A stretch of DNA of 64,000 nucleotides from Dokdonella sp. GTDB taxonomy: Bacteria > Pseudomonadota > Gammaproteobacteria > Xanthomonadales > Rhodanobacteraceae. Within the stretch, counting starts at the first letter, position 1. Each line of letters opens with the position of its first letter. The position numbers and the translations under genes are program-made. The notes under the pieces were generated by a model, which was not told the DNA's origin, searched no databases, and was given only the letters and a program-made list of their open reading frames with translations. Positions 10,323 through 18,988 of the stretch are shown in pieces. Where the stretch lies: NCBI RefSeq assembly GCF_036518555.1, contig NZ_DATDMY010000003.1:2626-66625 (forward strand), given 5' to 3'.

Positions 10323-10335
10323 GGCGCCCTCAGGC
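10317..10335. terminator. Short hairpin formed from the two convergent stop codons
   Basis: gcctgagg-cgc-cctcaggc (8-bp stem, no U-tract) contains TGA 10320-10322 and the aguA stop 10330-10332. Confidence 0.3.
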
Positions 10336-11364
10336 CACGAGCACGCCTGCGGGCAGTTGCATCGTGAGGCAATGCACGCTGCCGTTCTGCCAGATCAGCT
10401 CGCGCGCGTCGATCGCGACGACGTCGCGACCGGGGTGGGCGGCGGCGATCACGCGCGCAGCCGCCGCATCGGACGGATCGCCGTACGCGGGCACGACGAC
10501 GCCGCCGTCGACGACGAGGTAATTCGCGTACGACGCCGCGAGGCGCCGGCCTTCGTCGACGATCGCGCGCGCCCACGGCAGCGCGTGCAGGCGATACGGC
10601 GCGCCGTCGGGCGTTCGCAGCGCGGCGATCTCCTCGTGCATGCGCGCGAGTTCGGCATGATGCGGATCGGCCGGGTCGTCGCAGGCCTGCAGCACGATCG
10701 CGTCGCCGGGCGCGAAGCGCGCGAGCGTGTCGACGTGCGCGTCGGTGTCGTCTCCCTCGAGGTAGCCGTGTTCGAGCCATAGCACGCGCTCGACCGCGAA
10801 TGCGTCGCGCAGGCGCGCGTCCATCTCGTCGCGGCTCATGTGCGGGTGACGCTGGTGCAGGCAGCGCCAGGTCGTCAGCAGGCTGCCCTTGCCGTCGACT
10901 TCGATCGCGCCGCCTTCGAGCGCCCAGTCGATGCGTCGATGGCGGGCCGCACCGAACAGCCCGCGTTCGCGCAAGGTTTCGACGAGGCGGTCGTCGCGAC
11001 CACCTTCGTACTTGCCGCCCCAGCCCGTGAAGCGGAAGTCGAGCAGCTGGAAGCCGTCGGCGCCCGCCAGCGTGAGCGGGCCCGAGTCGCGCAGCCAGGT
11101 ATCGTCGTACTCGACGTCGACGAACCGCAGCCGGTCGCGCGCGACGCCGGCTTCGACGAGCAACGCGCGCGCGCGCTCGCGCACCTTCGCGTCGGCGACG
11201 CAGACGACGAGCGGCTCGAAACGTGCGATCGCTGCGGCGAGACCGACGTAGGCGCGTTCAACACGCGCGAGGCGCGGGCCCCAGTCGGTGTCCGCGTGCG
11301 GCCACGCGATGATCACGCCGGCCTGCGGTTCCCACTCGGCAGGCAGGCGCCAACGCGAATCCAT
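10330..11364 (-). CDS. aguA: Agmatine deiminase (peptidyl-arginine deiminase family)
   Basis: LPAEWEPQ, DTWLRDSGP, LEGGAIE, DTDAHVD, GSVHCLTMQ motifs. Confidence 0.9.
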   Translation of the reverse strand: MDSRWRLPAEWEPQAGVIIAWPHADTDWGPRLARVERAYVGLAAAIARFEPLVVCVADAKVRERARALLVEAGVARDRLRFVDVEYDDTWLRDSGPLTLAGADGFQLLDFRFTGWGGKYEGGRDDRLVETLRERGLFGAARHRRIDWALEGGAIEVDGKGSLLTTWRCLHQRHPHMSRDEMDARLRDAFAVERVLWLEHGYLEGDDTDAHVDTLARFAPGDAIVLQACDDPADPHHAELARMHEEIAALRTPDGAPYRLHALPWARAIVDEGRRLAASYANYLVVDGGVVVPAYGDPSDAAAARVIAAAHPGRDVVAIDARELIWQNGSVHCLTMQLPAGVLVA

Positions 11365-11367
11365 CGA

Positions 11368-11706
11368 TCAGGACTTCGGCGCCGGCGGCGCCTCGTCGAC
11401 GACGCTGTGGAGCACGCGGTTACGCTCGAAGTAGACGGTGTAGCCGTCGTAGCGCCAGCGGTTGATCGTCGGGTGGCGCGGCGTATCGCCGCCCGCCGGG
11501 GCGAGCTTCTCCACCGGTGCCCCGAAACGCTTCTCGACCTGGCCCATCGTCATCCCGCGCGCGGGAACGTTGCCGCCCGCGTGGGTCATCGCACGGTCGT
11601 GGCGCTTCGCGGCCTTGGTGTCGAGGGTGTCGGCGTGCGCGGCCGGGGTGACCAGGGCTGCCGCTGCCAGGCCGGTCGCCGTTGCGAGAACAAGCTTTAC
11701 AAACAT
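11368..11706 (-). CDS. Small secreted conserved hypothetical protein
   Basis: Signal peptide ending AHA; PARGMTMGQVEKRFGAP...RWRYDGYTVYFE resembles small BamE/SmpA-like domains; 3 bp upstream of aguA. Confidence 0.65.
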   Translation of the reverse strand: MFVKLVLATATGLAAAALVTPAAHADTLDTKAAKRHDRAMTHAGGNVPARGMTMGQVEKRFGAPVEKLAPAGGDTPRHPTINRWRYDGYTVYFERNRVLHSVVDEAPPAPKS

Positions 11707-11836
11707 GGCTCAAATCCTTGTCGGAAAAGGAGGAACTGCCTCAGGTCCACACCCGCAGCCGCCTTTTTAGCAGAACCCTGCCGGCGGTTCCATGACCGCC
11801 CCGGCAGATGCGTGCGCGGCACGTGTCGCGCAATGA

Positions 11837-11861
11837 AAAAGGGCCGCAGAGCGGCCCTTTT
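11837..11861 (-). terminator. Rho-independent terminator downstream of rpmJ
   Basis: aaaagggccgc-aga-gcggccctttt hairpin with T-runs on both strands. Confidence 0.8.
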
Positions 11862-11887
11862 CCTCGAATCCGGGAGCGACGCTCCGC

Positions 11888-12013
11888 TCAGCGCTGACGC
11901 GCCTTGAAACGCGGGTTGCTCTTGCAGATCACGAACACCTTGCCACGACGACGCACGACCTTGCAGTCGCGATGGCGCGCCTTGGCGGACTTGAGGGACG
12001 ACAGCACTTTCAT
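11888..12013 (-). CDS. rpmJ: 50S ribosomal protein L36, type B (zinc-independent, YkgO-like)
   Basis: [41 protein letters not shown] (41 aa). Confidence 0.95.
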   Translation of the reverse strand: MKVLSSLKSAKARHRDCKVVRRRGKVFVICKSNPRFKARQR

Positions 12014-12182
12014 GGGAACGCCTCGCAACGGTTTCTGAACGCGGAAAGCGCGGAATTGTAAAGGGATTTTCGCGGGATTGGAAGCGGGTCCGCGGCGCGG
12101 ACGGCGCAGGCCACGAAACCGCGCGTGATCGCCCTCCCTCGTGCGCCCGATCGCGCCCGCCGCTCGCGTCGCGGCGCCCCGC

Positions 12183-12590
12183 TCAGTCGATCGAGAACGA
12201 CTGCAGGTCGACCGGGTTCGTGACGCTGATCGAGCCGACCATGCCCGACGCTTCGTGGGCTTCGCAATGGAACCCGATCGAGCCGTGCGCGGCGGCAGCG
12301 GTAATCGTGATCGTCGCATTCCACGAGGCGTTGCTGACATTGCCGTTGCCGCCGCTGCCGTCGCATCCGTTCGCGCAGCGGAACGAAAGCGGCGAGCCCG
12401 CGTCGGACGCGACGTTGTGGAAGCCACCGTCGTTGACGAACGTGACCGTATCGCCGACCAGCGCTTCGATGTTCGACGGCGTGAACACGAGGCCGGCGCC
12501 ACCGACGTGGATCGTATGGTCCATCGCGCATGCCGGACCTGCGGCGGTGGCGAGGACGGCCAGGACGAGCGACGAGAATGCGGTGCGCAT
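12183..12590 (-). CDS. Secreted plastocyanin/azurin-type blue copper protein (cupredoxin)
   Basis: Signal peptide; [15 protein letters not shown]; type-1 Cu ligands HNV and C-x2-H-x4-M (CEAHEASGM); C-terminal tail [10 protein letters not shown]. Confidence 0.85.
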   Translation of the reverse strand: MRTAFSSLVLAVLATAAGPACAMDHTIHVGGAGLVFTPSNIEALVGDTVTFVNDGGFHNVASDAGSPLSFRCANGCDGSGGNGNVSNASWNATITITAAAAHGSIGFHCEAHEASGMVGSISVTNPVDLQSFSID

Positions 12591-12676
12591 GGGGGCAACT
12601 CCTTCAGTGAGTGGACGATGGACGGGTGTCGCGGTGCTGCGCGCGGGACCGCCGTGGCGCCGGCCCGCGGTCGCGC

Positions 12677-13372
12677 TCACGGCGCGCCGGCTTCGAGCCA
12701 GCGGCCGATCGCGTCGGCGGACGCGGCATCGAGGGTGCGCGCGATCGGAGCCATCACGTGCTGCGTGCTCGTGCGTGGCGCGGCGTCGCGGGCGAGGTCG
12801 GCCAGTCGGTTCGCGACGTACGGCGCGTGCTGGCCACGCAGCGCGGGATAGAGGCGCGCGTGCCCGTTGCGATCGACGTCGGTGCGGCCGCGCGCATCGG
12901 AGCCGTGACAACCCTGGCACGGAGGTATGCCACGCGCGGGATCGCCGTCGCGGTAGATCGTCGCGCCCGCCATCGTGGCGTCGTCCGTCGCATGCCCGGC
13001 CGCGGGCGGCAGGCTCGCGAAATAGGCCGCGAGGTCGCGCATCGCGACGTCGTCGAGGCTCGCCGCCTGCGCGGTCATCGGCGAATCGGGATCGACCCCG
13101 CGCTTGAACGCGACCAGGCGCCAATAGACGTACTGGGCGTTCTGGCCGGCGAGGTTCGGGAACGTCGGCACGAGCGCGACGCCCGCCGGGCCGTGGCAGG
13201 CGCTGCAGACGGTCGCCTTCGCCTTGCCCGCGGTCGCATCGCCGTGCACGCGCCCGACCGAACGCAGGTCGATGACGTCTCCGCTCGCGCAGGCGAGCGG
13301 GCAGCCGGCCAGCATGGCCGCGAACAGGATCCGGCGCAGGGTTTCGATCGCGGTCATGTCCGTCTCCGTCAC
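12677..13372 (-). CDS. Diheme cytochrome c4-type periplasmic cytochrome
   Basis: CSACH and CQGCH, each followed by P.L.GQ.A.Y and a distal Met. GTG 13372 overlaps the mtrB stop; alternative ATG at 13357. Confidence 0.9.
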   Translation of the reverse strand: MTETDMTAIETLRRILFAAMLAGCPLACASGDVIDLRSVGRVHGDATAGKAKATVCSACHGPAGVALVPTFPNLAGQNAQYVYWRLVAFKRGVDPDSPMTAQAASLDDVAMRDLAAYFASLPPAAGHATDDATMAGATIYRDGDPARGIPPCQGCHGSDARGRTDVDRNGHARLYPALRGQHAPYVANRLADLARDAAPRTSTQHVMAPIARTLDAASADAIGRWLEAGAP

Positions 13373-15927
13373 AGGCGGATGTCGAGCAGGATGCCGACGA
13401 GATGGGCGTCGTAGCCCTCGGGTCCGCCGTCGGTGTACACGCGGTGATCGAATGTGCGGGTCGCGCCGAAACCCAGGTAATGCCAGTCGCTGATGCGGCC
13501 GCGCTCGTACCTGTCGAATACGCGCAGCGCGATCCGCTCATGCAGCGGTACGCGCACGCCGATGCCGAGCGAATGGACCCGCCAGGTCATCGGCGGGAAC
13601 GCCCCCGAGCCTGGGCCGTCGCCGCTCACGGTGTCTGCCCAGGCGAGCGCGAGCGGCGATGCGAAGCGGTAGGCGGTCATGCCGCGCGCGTACAGGTAGT
13701 TCCAGCTCGCGTCGACTCGCACGCGGCCGAACGCATGCCCGATCATGGCGCCCGCGGTGTGGTTGCGTTGCGTGTCGTCGGCCCACCAGCGGCCGATGTC
13801 GGGGTAGGTGCCGCCGCCGAGGCGCGGGTCCGAGCCGCTGTCGAGGATCTCATTGATGTTGGCCAGGCGGAGCCGGGAGCGGTCGTAGGCGTAGTAGATG
13901 CTCGCATTGCTGCCGGGCGCGGGCTGCCATTCCCATTGCACGGTCGCCCCGAGCGTGTCGTAGCCGCGACGGCCGAGCACGGCGTCGTAGTCGTTGTCGT
14001 CGCCACGGAGCGAAGCCGTGATCGTCATGTCCTCGCGAGGCATGAAGGTCGCCATGAGGTCGAGCTTGTTCTCGCTGCGGCTCGCGACGTCGTACTTGCG
14101 CAGCGCATCGACGGTGTGGGCAGGCACGCCGTTCGGCGGAGCGATGAAGCCGGGCAGGTCGATCGAGTAGGTGAAATCGTACGGATCGTAGTCGTAGCGG
14201 TCGCCATCCTGGCGCAGCCAGGTGTAGTTCGCGCGCAAGGTCAGCCAGTCGAGCGCGCGGTTCGTCCAGGTCAGTTTCACGCTGCGGTCGTCGACGCTGC
14301 GGCGTTCGCGGTGCGTCGGTTCGTAGCGGCTGAACGCGAGCGTGGCGCCGAGCGTGTCGTGCGCGCCGGCCCTCCAGTCGGCACCGACGTTCGCCTCGGT
14401 CGTCTGCATGTCGAGCGGCAGGCTGCGCACGCGCGTGATCGCGGACGGGTCGGACGCGTCCCAGATGCCCGACTCGCCGGGCACGACGCTGCCTTGCGCA
14501 CCGTTCTCGCTGACGTAGCCGTACTGGCCGGTGAGCGGGTTGTAGGCGAGATAGACGCTGCGATAGTCCTCGCGCTCGTGGCGCACGCCGCCACGCACGG
14601 TGAGATCGGCGCCCGGCTGCAGCACCATGCGCGCGTCGAGCAGGCTCGTGTCGATGCGCATGTCGGCGGTGCGCCGCGACAGCGCCGCCGGCGTGTTCCA
14701 GTTCGCACAGTCGTACAGGAACGGGTTCTGCGGACCGGTCTGCAGGCTGCCGCCGAGGCCGATGCCGAACACGCCCTCGCATGCGATCGGGGCGATCAGC
14801 GTGTCGTCCTGCGTCATGCGGCCGCCGGAGGCGGTGAGCGAGAGTTCGCCGTTGAGCGGCAGCTTGCGCGTGAACGCGGCCTTGAGGTTGTGGTAGTCGT
14901 TGTCGGGCTCGGTCGCGAACTGGCCGGTCGTCAGCGGCGCCGATACCGCACCGGCGACGAGCGGACTCAGCGCGAACGGCATCGCGTAGGTGTAATGCGT
15001 GTAGCGGTCGCGGTAGAACGAGCCGCTGTAGCCGAAATCCATGCGCCAGACGTTGCCCGCATAACGGAAGCCGCCGTCGAGGTTGATCGTCGAATCGTCG
15101 ATCGGCTTGACCGTCTCGAGCACGCCGCCGTCGTCGGGGAACGGGAAGTTGAAGAAGAACGGGCCGCCGAACGGCCGGGCGCCGTGGCGCCGTTCGTCGG
15201 TCGCGTTCGCGTAGGCGGTCCATTGCGGCGTGAGGAAGACGCTGAAGCCGAGTCCCTGCTTCTCGCGCGTGACCCCGAGCGTGCGCGCGGGGGTCGCGGC
15301 CGACAGCGCCGAGATCGCGGCGGGCGAACTCGCGCCGGCGACGTAACCCGCGGGCAGCGTCAGGCGATCGGTACCGACGCCGTTCCAGATCGGCTTCGCC
15401 GTATTCGTGACGAGGTTCGGCATGGTGCGCAGGAATGCCTGCACCTTGTAGCTGCCGGCGCGCCCGAACACGGCCTGGTAGTACTCGTCGTCGTCGCTGA
15501 CGCGGCTCGCGCGCACGCTCGCGTAGCTGCCGTCGACGGGGCGTTCGGCATCGAACGCGAGCAGCGCGAGGACGATGCCGCTGTCCCAGTCGGCGTAGCG
15601 GTTCCACAGCGCGTTGTCGTCGTCGCCGCCCGTCGCGACGGCGCCGATGCTGAGCACGCCGGACGTTTGCCAGTTCCCGTGCGGGGTGACTGCAGGCGAC
15701 GGCGGCGGGCACGCGTAAAGGTGGCCGGTCGGGCTGCGGTGTACGCCGGCTTCCAGCCAGCTCGTGCCGCGATCGTCGCACCCGCCGATGGTCGCCCCCG
15801 CATTCGGGTCGAGTTCGTTCGCGCGCCAGGTATCGACGCCGACGCCGCTGTCGGCGTGTGCGTTGGCCGCGACGGCCGCGATCGCGACGGCGAGCGGCAG
15901 CCGGCGGAACAGGCGAGACGTGGACAT
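13369..15927 (-). CDS. mtrB: MtrB/PioB-family decaheme-associated outer-membrane beta-barrel
   Basis: 852 aa, signal peptide, alternating aromatic beta-strands, TVKPIDDST and EPDNDYH motifs; directly downstream of a decaheme cytochrome. Confidence 0.9.
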   Translation of the reverse strand: MSTSRLFRRLPLAVAIAAVAANAHADSGVGVDTWRANELDPNAGATIGGCDDRGTSWLEAGVHRSPTGHLYACPPPSPAVTPHGNWQTSGVLSIGAVATGGDDDNALWNRYADWDSGIVLALLAFDAERPVDGSYASVRASRVSDDDEYYQAVFGRAGSYKVQAFLRTMPNLVTNTAKPIWNGVGTDRLTLPAGYVAGASSPAAISALSAATPARTLGVTREKQGLGFSVFLTPQWTAYANATDERRHGARPFGGPFFFNFPFPDDGGVLETVKPIDDSTINLDGGFRYAGNVWRMDFGYSGSFYRDRYTHYTYAMPFALSPLVAGAVSAPLTTGQFATEPDNDYHNLKAAFTRKLPLNGELSLTASGGRMTQDDTLIAPIACEGVFGIGLGGSLQTGPQNPFLYDCANWNTPAALSRRTADMRIDTSLLDARMVLQPGADLTVRGGVRHEREDYRSVYLAYNPLTGQYGYVSENGAQGSVVPGESGIWDASDPSAITRVRSLPLDMQTTEANVGADWRAGAHDTLGATLAFSRYEPTHRERRSVDDRSVKLTWTNRALDWLTLRANYTWLRQDGDRYDYDPYDFTYSIDLPGFIAPPNGVPAHTVDALRKYDVASRSENKLDLMATFMPREDMTITASLRGDDNDYDAVLGRRGYDTLGATVQWEWQPAPGSNASIYYAYDRSRLRLANINEILDSGSDPRLGGGTYPDIGRWWADDTQRNHTAGAMIGHAFGRVRVDASWNYLYARGMTAYRFASPLALAWADTVSGDGPGSGAFPPMTWRVHSLGIGVRVPLHERIALRVFDRYERGRISDWHYLGFGATRTFDHRVYTDGGPEGYDAHLVGILLDIRL

Positions 15928-15939
15928 CGTTCCTCCGGC

Positions 15940-16992
15940 CTATTCGTGGAACTTCGGACCCGACGGCGCGTTCGAGCCGTGGATGTTCGCGTGGCATGTC
16001 ACGCATGCGCGCCCCATCGCGCGTTCGTCCGGATGCGCACCGTTGCCGAGCGAACCGGGCGTGTGCAGGTCGTTCGGATGGCGCAGGCCCGAATGGCATT
16101 GCTGGCACAGGAACGGCAGCGGCGTCACCAGCAACGTCTGCTGGTTGGACCCGTGCGGCGTATGGCAGTTGAGGCAGCTTTCGCGAACGGGCGCGTGCTC
16201 GAACAGGAACGGGCCGCGCTTGTCGGCGTGGCACTGGTAGCACGTCTCGTTGACGGTGTTCGTCTTGAGCAGCGGAGAGGTGATCGAGCCGTGCGGGTTG
16301 TGGCAGTCGTCGCAGCTCATCTGGCCTTCGGGCAACGGCATGTGCGAGCGCCGGTCGAACTGCAGTCGCACGTCGCGATGGCATTGGGCGCAGGTATCGT
16401 TGATCGACGCCTTCGCCATCAGGCCTTCGGCCGAGAACTTCGCCATCGGGTTGTGGCAGTCGCTGCAGGAGAGCCCGTTGCGCTGATGGACGGACCCGAG
16501 CCAGTGGTCGCGTGCGCCGCCCTCGTGGCAGGCGAGGCACGTCTTCGCCTGCGTCTCGATCGACGTGCCCGAATCCTTCGTGTAGCCGATGATGAGGCCC
16601 TTCGCGCCCGGATCCTTCGCGTGCGCCGATCCCGGGCCATGGCAGGTCTCGCAGACGGGGATCGACGCATCGGCCTTGTTCGCGGCGTGCAGGCCGAGTG
16701 CGTGGAAGGTGTGCGTGAAGTGCTCGCTCTCGAGCTGATGGCAGGCGATGCAGGTACGTTCGCCGACCGCAGTCGCCTCGTGGGCAGCGGGATTGTCCGC
16801 GACGCGTGCCTTCGCGAACCCCGGTGCGACGCCCGTCATGGCCGTGCCGGGCTGCACGTCGCTGCCGGCCAGGCCCGTCGACGGCAGCGATCTGGACAGT
16901 TCCTCGCGGGTCTGCTGCGCCAGCACCGGTGCGAGCATCGCGCACCCGAGCAGGAACGCGAGCACGGGTCGAAGCGCGTCAGTGCCTCGCAT
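15940..16992 (-). CDS. mtrA: Decaheme c-type cytochrome (DmsE/MtrA/PioA/MtoA family)
   Basis: Ten CxxCH counted: CIACH, CETCH, CLACH, CSDCH, CAQCH, CDDCH, CYQCH, CLNCH, CQQCH, CVTCH; KRGPFLFEHAPV and HGSN motifs; signal peptide. Confidence 0.95.
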   Translation of the reverse strand: MRGTDALRPVLAFLLGCAMLAPVLAQQTREELSRSLPSTGLAGSDVQPGTAMTGVAPGFAKARVADNPAAHEATAVGERTCIACHQLESEHFTHTFHALGLHAANKADASIPVCETCHGPGSAHAKDPGAKGLIIGYTKDSGTSIETQAKTCLACHEGGARDHWLGSVHQRNGLSCSDCHNPMAKFSAEGLMAKASINDTCAQCHRDVRLQFDRRSHMPLPEGQMSCDDCHNPHGSITSPLLKTNTVNETCYQCHADKRGPFLFEHAPVRESCLNCHTPHGSNQQTLLVTPLPFLCQQCHSGLRHPNDLHTPGSLGNGAHPDERAMGRACVTCHANIHGSNAPSGPKFHE

Positions 16993-18349
16993 GGGCAGGC
17001 CTCGTCGCCACGATGGTGGGGTCGCAGACTTCGTTCGTGCGCGCGAGCGTGCGTGCCGCCGCGCACGCGTCGATCGACGCGTCCGGACGGTGGCTCGTGC
17101 GGTCGAGCAAGGCGAACAGCGCCTTCGCGTCGAGTCGCGGGTCCAGTTCGAGCAGCAACGCGATCGCGCCGGTCACGTGCGCGGTCGCGAGCGAGCTGCC
17201 GGATGCGTAGTCGTAGTGCCCGCCGGGCTCGAGCGTGAGGATGTCGCGCCCGGGCGCGGCGAGCGTCGGCCGCGTCGTCGCGGGCGCATCACTGCTGCGC
17301 ACGCCGATCACCCCCGCGACGTCGACCGGGAAGCCGTCCGTGTTCCCGTCCGGAGGGACCGCGCCCACGACGATGACGCCGCGCTCCACCGCATTCGCGA
17401 GCAGCTGTTCGAGCAGCGGGTCGGACGGGCCGCCGAGGCTGAGGTTGATCACGCGGGCGCCGGAGGCGATCGCGTCGGCGAGTGCCTGCGCGAGCGTGAA
17501 CGTATCGCAGCGCGCGGCGCCGCCGTCCGCTTGCACGGGCCAGCATGCGCGCAGCGCGCGGATACGCGTGGCCGGCGCGACCCCGACGATGCCGACCCCG
17601 TTGTTCGCGACCGCGGCGATCACGCCGGCGACTTCGGTGCCATGGCGGTCGCGCGCGGCGGGCGCGGTCGCTGCGGTCGTGAAGTCGCGCTGCGCGACGA
17701 TGCGGCCGGCGAGGTCCGGGTGCGACGCGTCGATGCCGGCGTCGACGACCGCGACCTCGACCCGCGCGCCGCTCGCCCAACGCTGTGCGGCGGCGGCGCC
17801 GATACGGGAGAATCCCTGCTGCAAGCCGACATACGGATCGTTGTAACCGGACGCGTCGTGGCCCTCGGGGGCTGTGGCCGGCCCCATCGGGGCCGCTGCG
17901 TCGCCCGACTGCGCGTAGGTGCGGAATTCCTGCAGCGGCTGCGCCAGGCTCACGCGCCGGTCGCGGTGCAGGCGCGCGAGCGTGTCGTCGCGATCGATGC
18001 CTGCCGGGAGTTCGTAGAGCATGCAGCGCAGGCGAAGCGCCTGGATCGTCCACGCGGACACTTCGCGCAGCGAGTAGTCGCTCGCGATGCGACGCGCGAG
18101 CGCGCGCGTCCGTTCGCTGCCGCCCGCGTAATCGGGCAGGCCCGCGTAACCGCGCGGGGTCCCGGCGGCCTGTGCCGCGGGGTCGGCCCTGTCGGCGATC
18201 GCGACGACGATCATGCGCGGCGCGGCGGCGACGTCCGCGTCCGGCTGTTCGATCGCGCGCACCGGCGCCGGCGCGAGCGCACTCCCGCACGCGAACGCGA
18301 CGACCGCGCATCGCAGCGCATGGATCGAACCGCGGGTGCGCGCGCGCAT
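16979..18349 (-). CDS. Secreted S8 (subtilisin-family) serine peptidase
   Basis: Catalytic triad VVDAGID / HGTEVAG / SGSSLA; signal peptide; 3' end overlaps the mtrA start by 14 bp. Confidence 0.9.
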   Translation of the reverse strand: MRARTRGSIHALRCAVVAFACGSALAPAPVRAIEQPDADVAAAPRMIVVAIADRADPAAQAAGTPRGYAGLPDYAGGSERTRALARRIASDYSLREVSAWTIQALRLRCMLYELPAGIDRDDTLARLHRDRRVSLAQPLQEFRTYAQSGDAAAPMGPATAPEGHDASGYNDPYVGLQQGFSRIGAAAAQRWASGARVEVAVVDAGIDASHPDLAGRIVAQRDFTTAATAPAARDRHGTEVAGVIAAVANNGVGIVGVAPATRIRALRACWPVQADGGAARCDTFTLAQALADAIASGARVINLSLGGPSDPLLEQLLANAVERGVIVVGAVPPDGNTDGFPVDVAGVIGVRSSDAPATTRPTLAAPGRDILTLEPGGHYDYASGSSLATAHVTGAIALLLELDPRLDAKALFALLDRTSHRPDASIDACAAARTLARTNEVCDPTIVATRPAHARH

Positions 18350-18356
18350 CGTGCGG

Positions 18357-18986
18357 TCACCTGTCCGAGGCATTCGCGATCGGTTCGACGAGCAGCACTC
18401 CCGGCGCCGCGCGCAACCGTGCGACGACGTCCGGATCGGCGCGCCCCGGCGCGACCGGCGCGAGCGTGTAGATGGTGCCGCCGTCGTTCGTGCCGACGAT
18501 GCGCAGGCCCCGCTCACCGAGCAGACGCTGCAGTTGGCCGACGCTGAGTTCGGGCGACGGAACGAAGCGAAGGCTCGCGCGCGCGGGCAGCGTTTCGGGA
18601 GCGCTCAGCGTACGGTAGGCGGGTGCATCGTCGGCGCGATGGCGCTCGATCGCCCACGTCGCGAGCGCGACGAGTCCGATCGCCTGGATCGCGACCGTGG
18701 CGGCGAGTGCGCGCAGCAGGTGCCGCGGTCGCGCGGGGCCGGCGTCGATCGCCTGTTCGGCGTCGATGCGTGCGAGAAGCCGATCGAACGCGGGCCGCAC
18801 CTCGCCGACGACGCGGGTGTCGACGTCGAGTCCCGCATGCACGCGCGACTGGAACGCGTATTCGTCGCGGCAGTCCGTGCACGCGGCAAGGTGTGCTTCC
18901 GCGAGCGAGCGGTCGGCAGCGGAGGCGGTGCCGTTGATGAGCCACGGGATGAGGTCCCAGGTCCGGCGATGCTGTGGAGACGGCAT
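18357..18986 (-). CDS. Zinc-binding (zf-HC2/ZAS) transmembrane anti-sigma factor
   Basis: H...LIPWLING...HLAACTDC motif, one TM segment, small C-terminal extracytoplasmic domain; 2 bp after the sigma stop. Confidence 0.85.
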   Translation of the reverse strand: MPSPQHRRTWDLIPWLINGTASAADRSLAEAHLAACTDCRDEYAFQSRVHAGLDVDTRVVGEVRPAFDRLLARIDAEQAIDAGPARPRHLLRALAATVAIQAIGLVALATWAIERHRADDAPAYRTLSAPETLPARASLRFVPSPELSVGQLQRLLGERGLRIVGTNDGGTIYTLAPVAPGRADPDVVARLRAAPGVLLVEPIANASDR

Positions 18987-18988
18987 GG

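Noticed and set aside
11888-12013. Zinc-starvation paralogue of L36
   Set aside because: Type B L36 is commonly the sole copy in this lineage, no ykgM partner is adjacent and I saw no Zur box.
13402-17238. Very long alternative-frame ORFs (e.g. 13402-17238, 13850-16945, 35524-38175, 45447-47975, 54058-59064)
   Set aside because: Arg/Ala/Pro-rich shadows of real genes, expected at about 70% GC; no motifs or RBS support.
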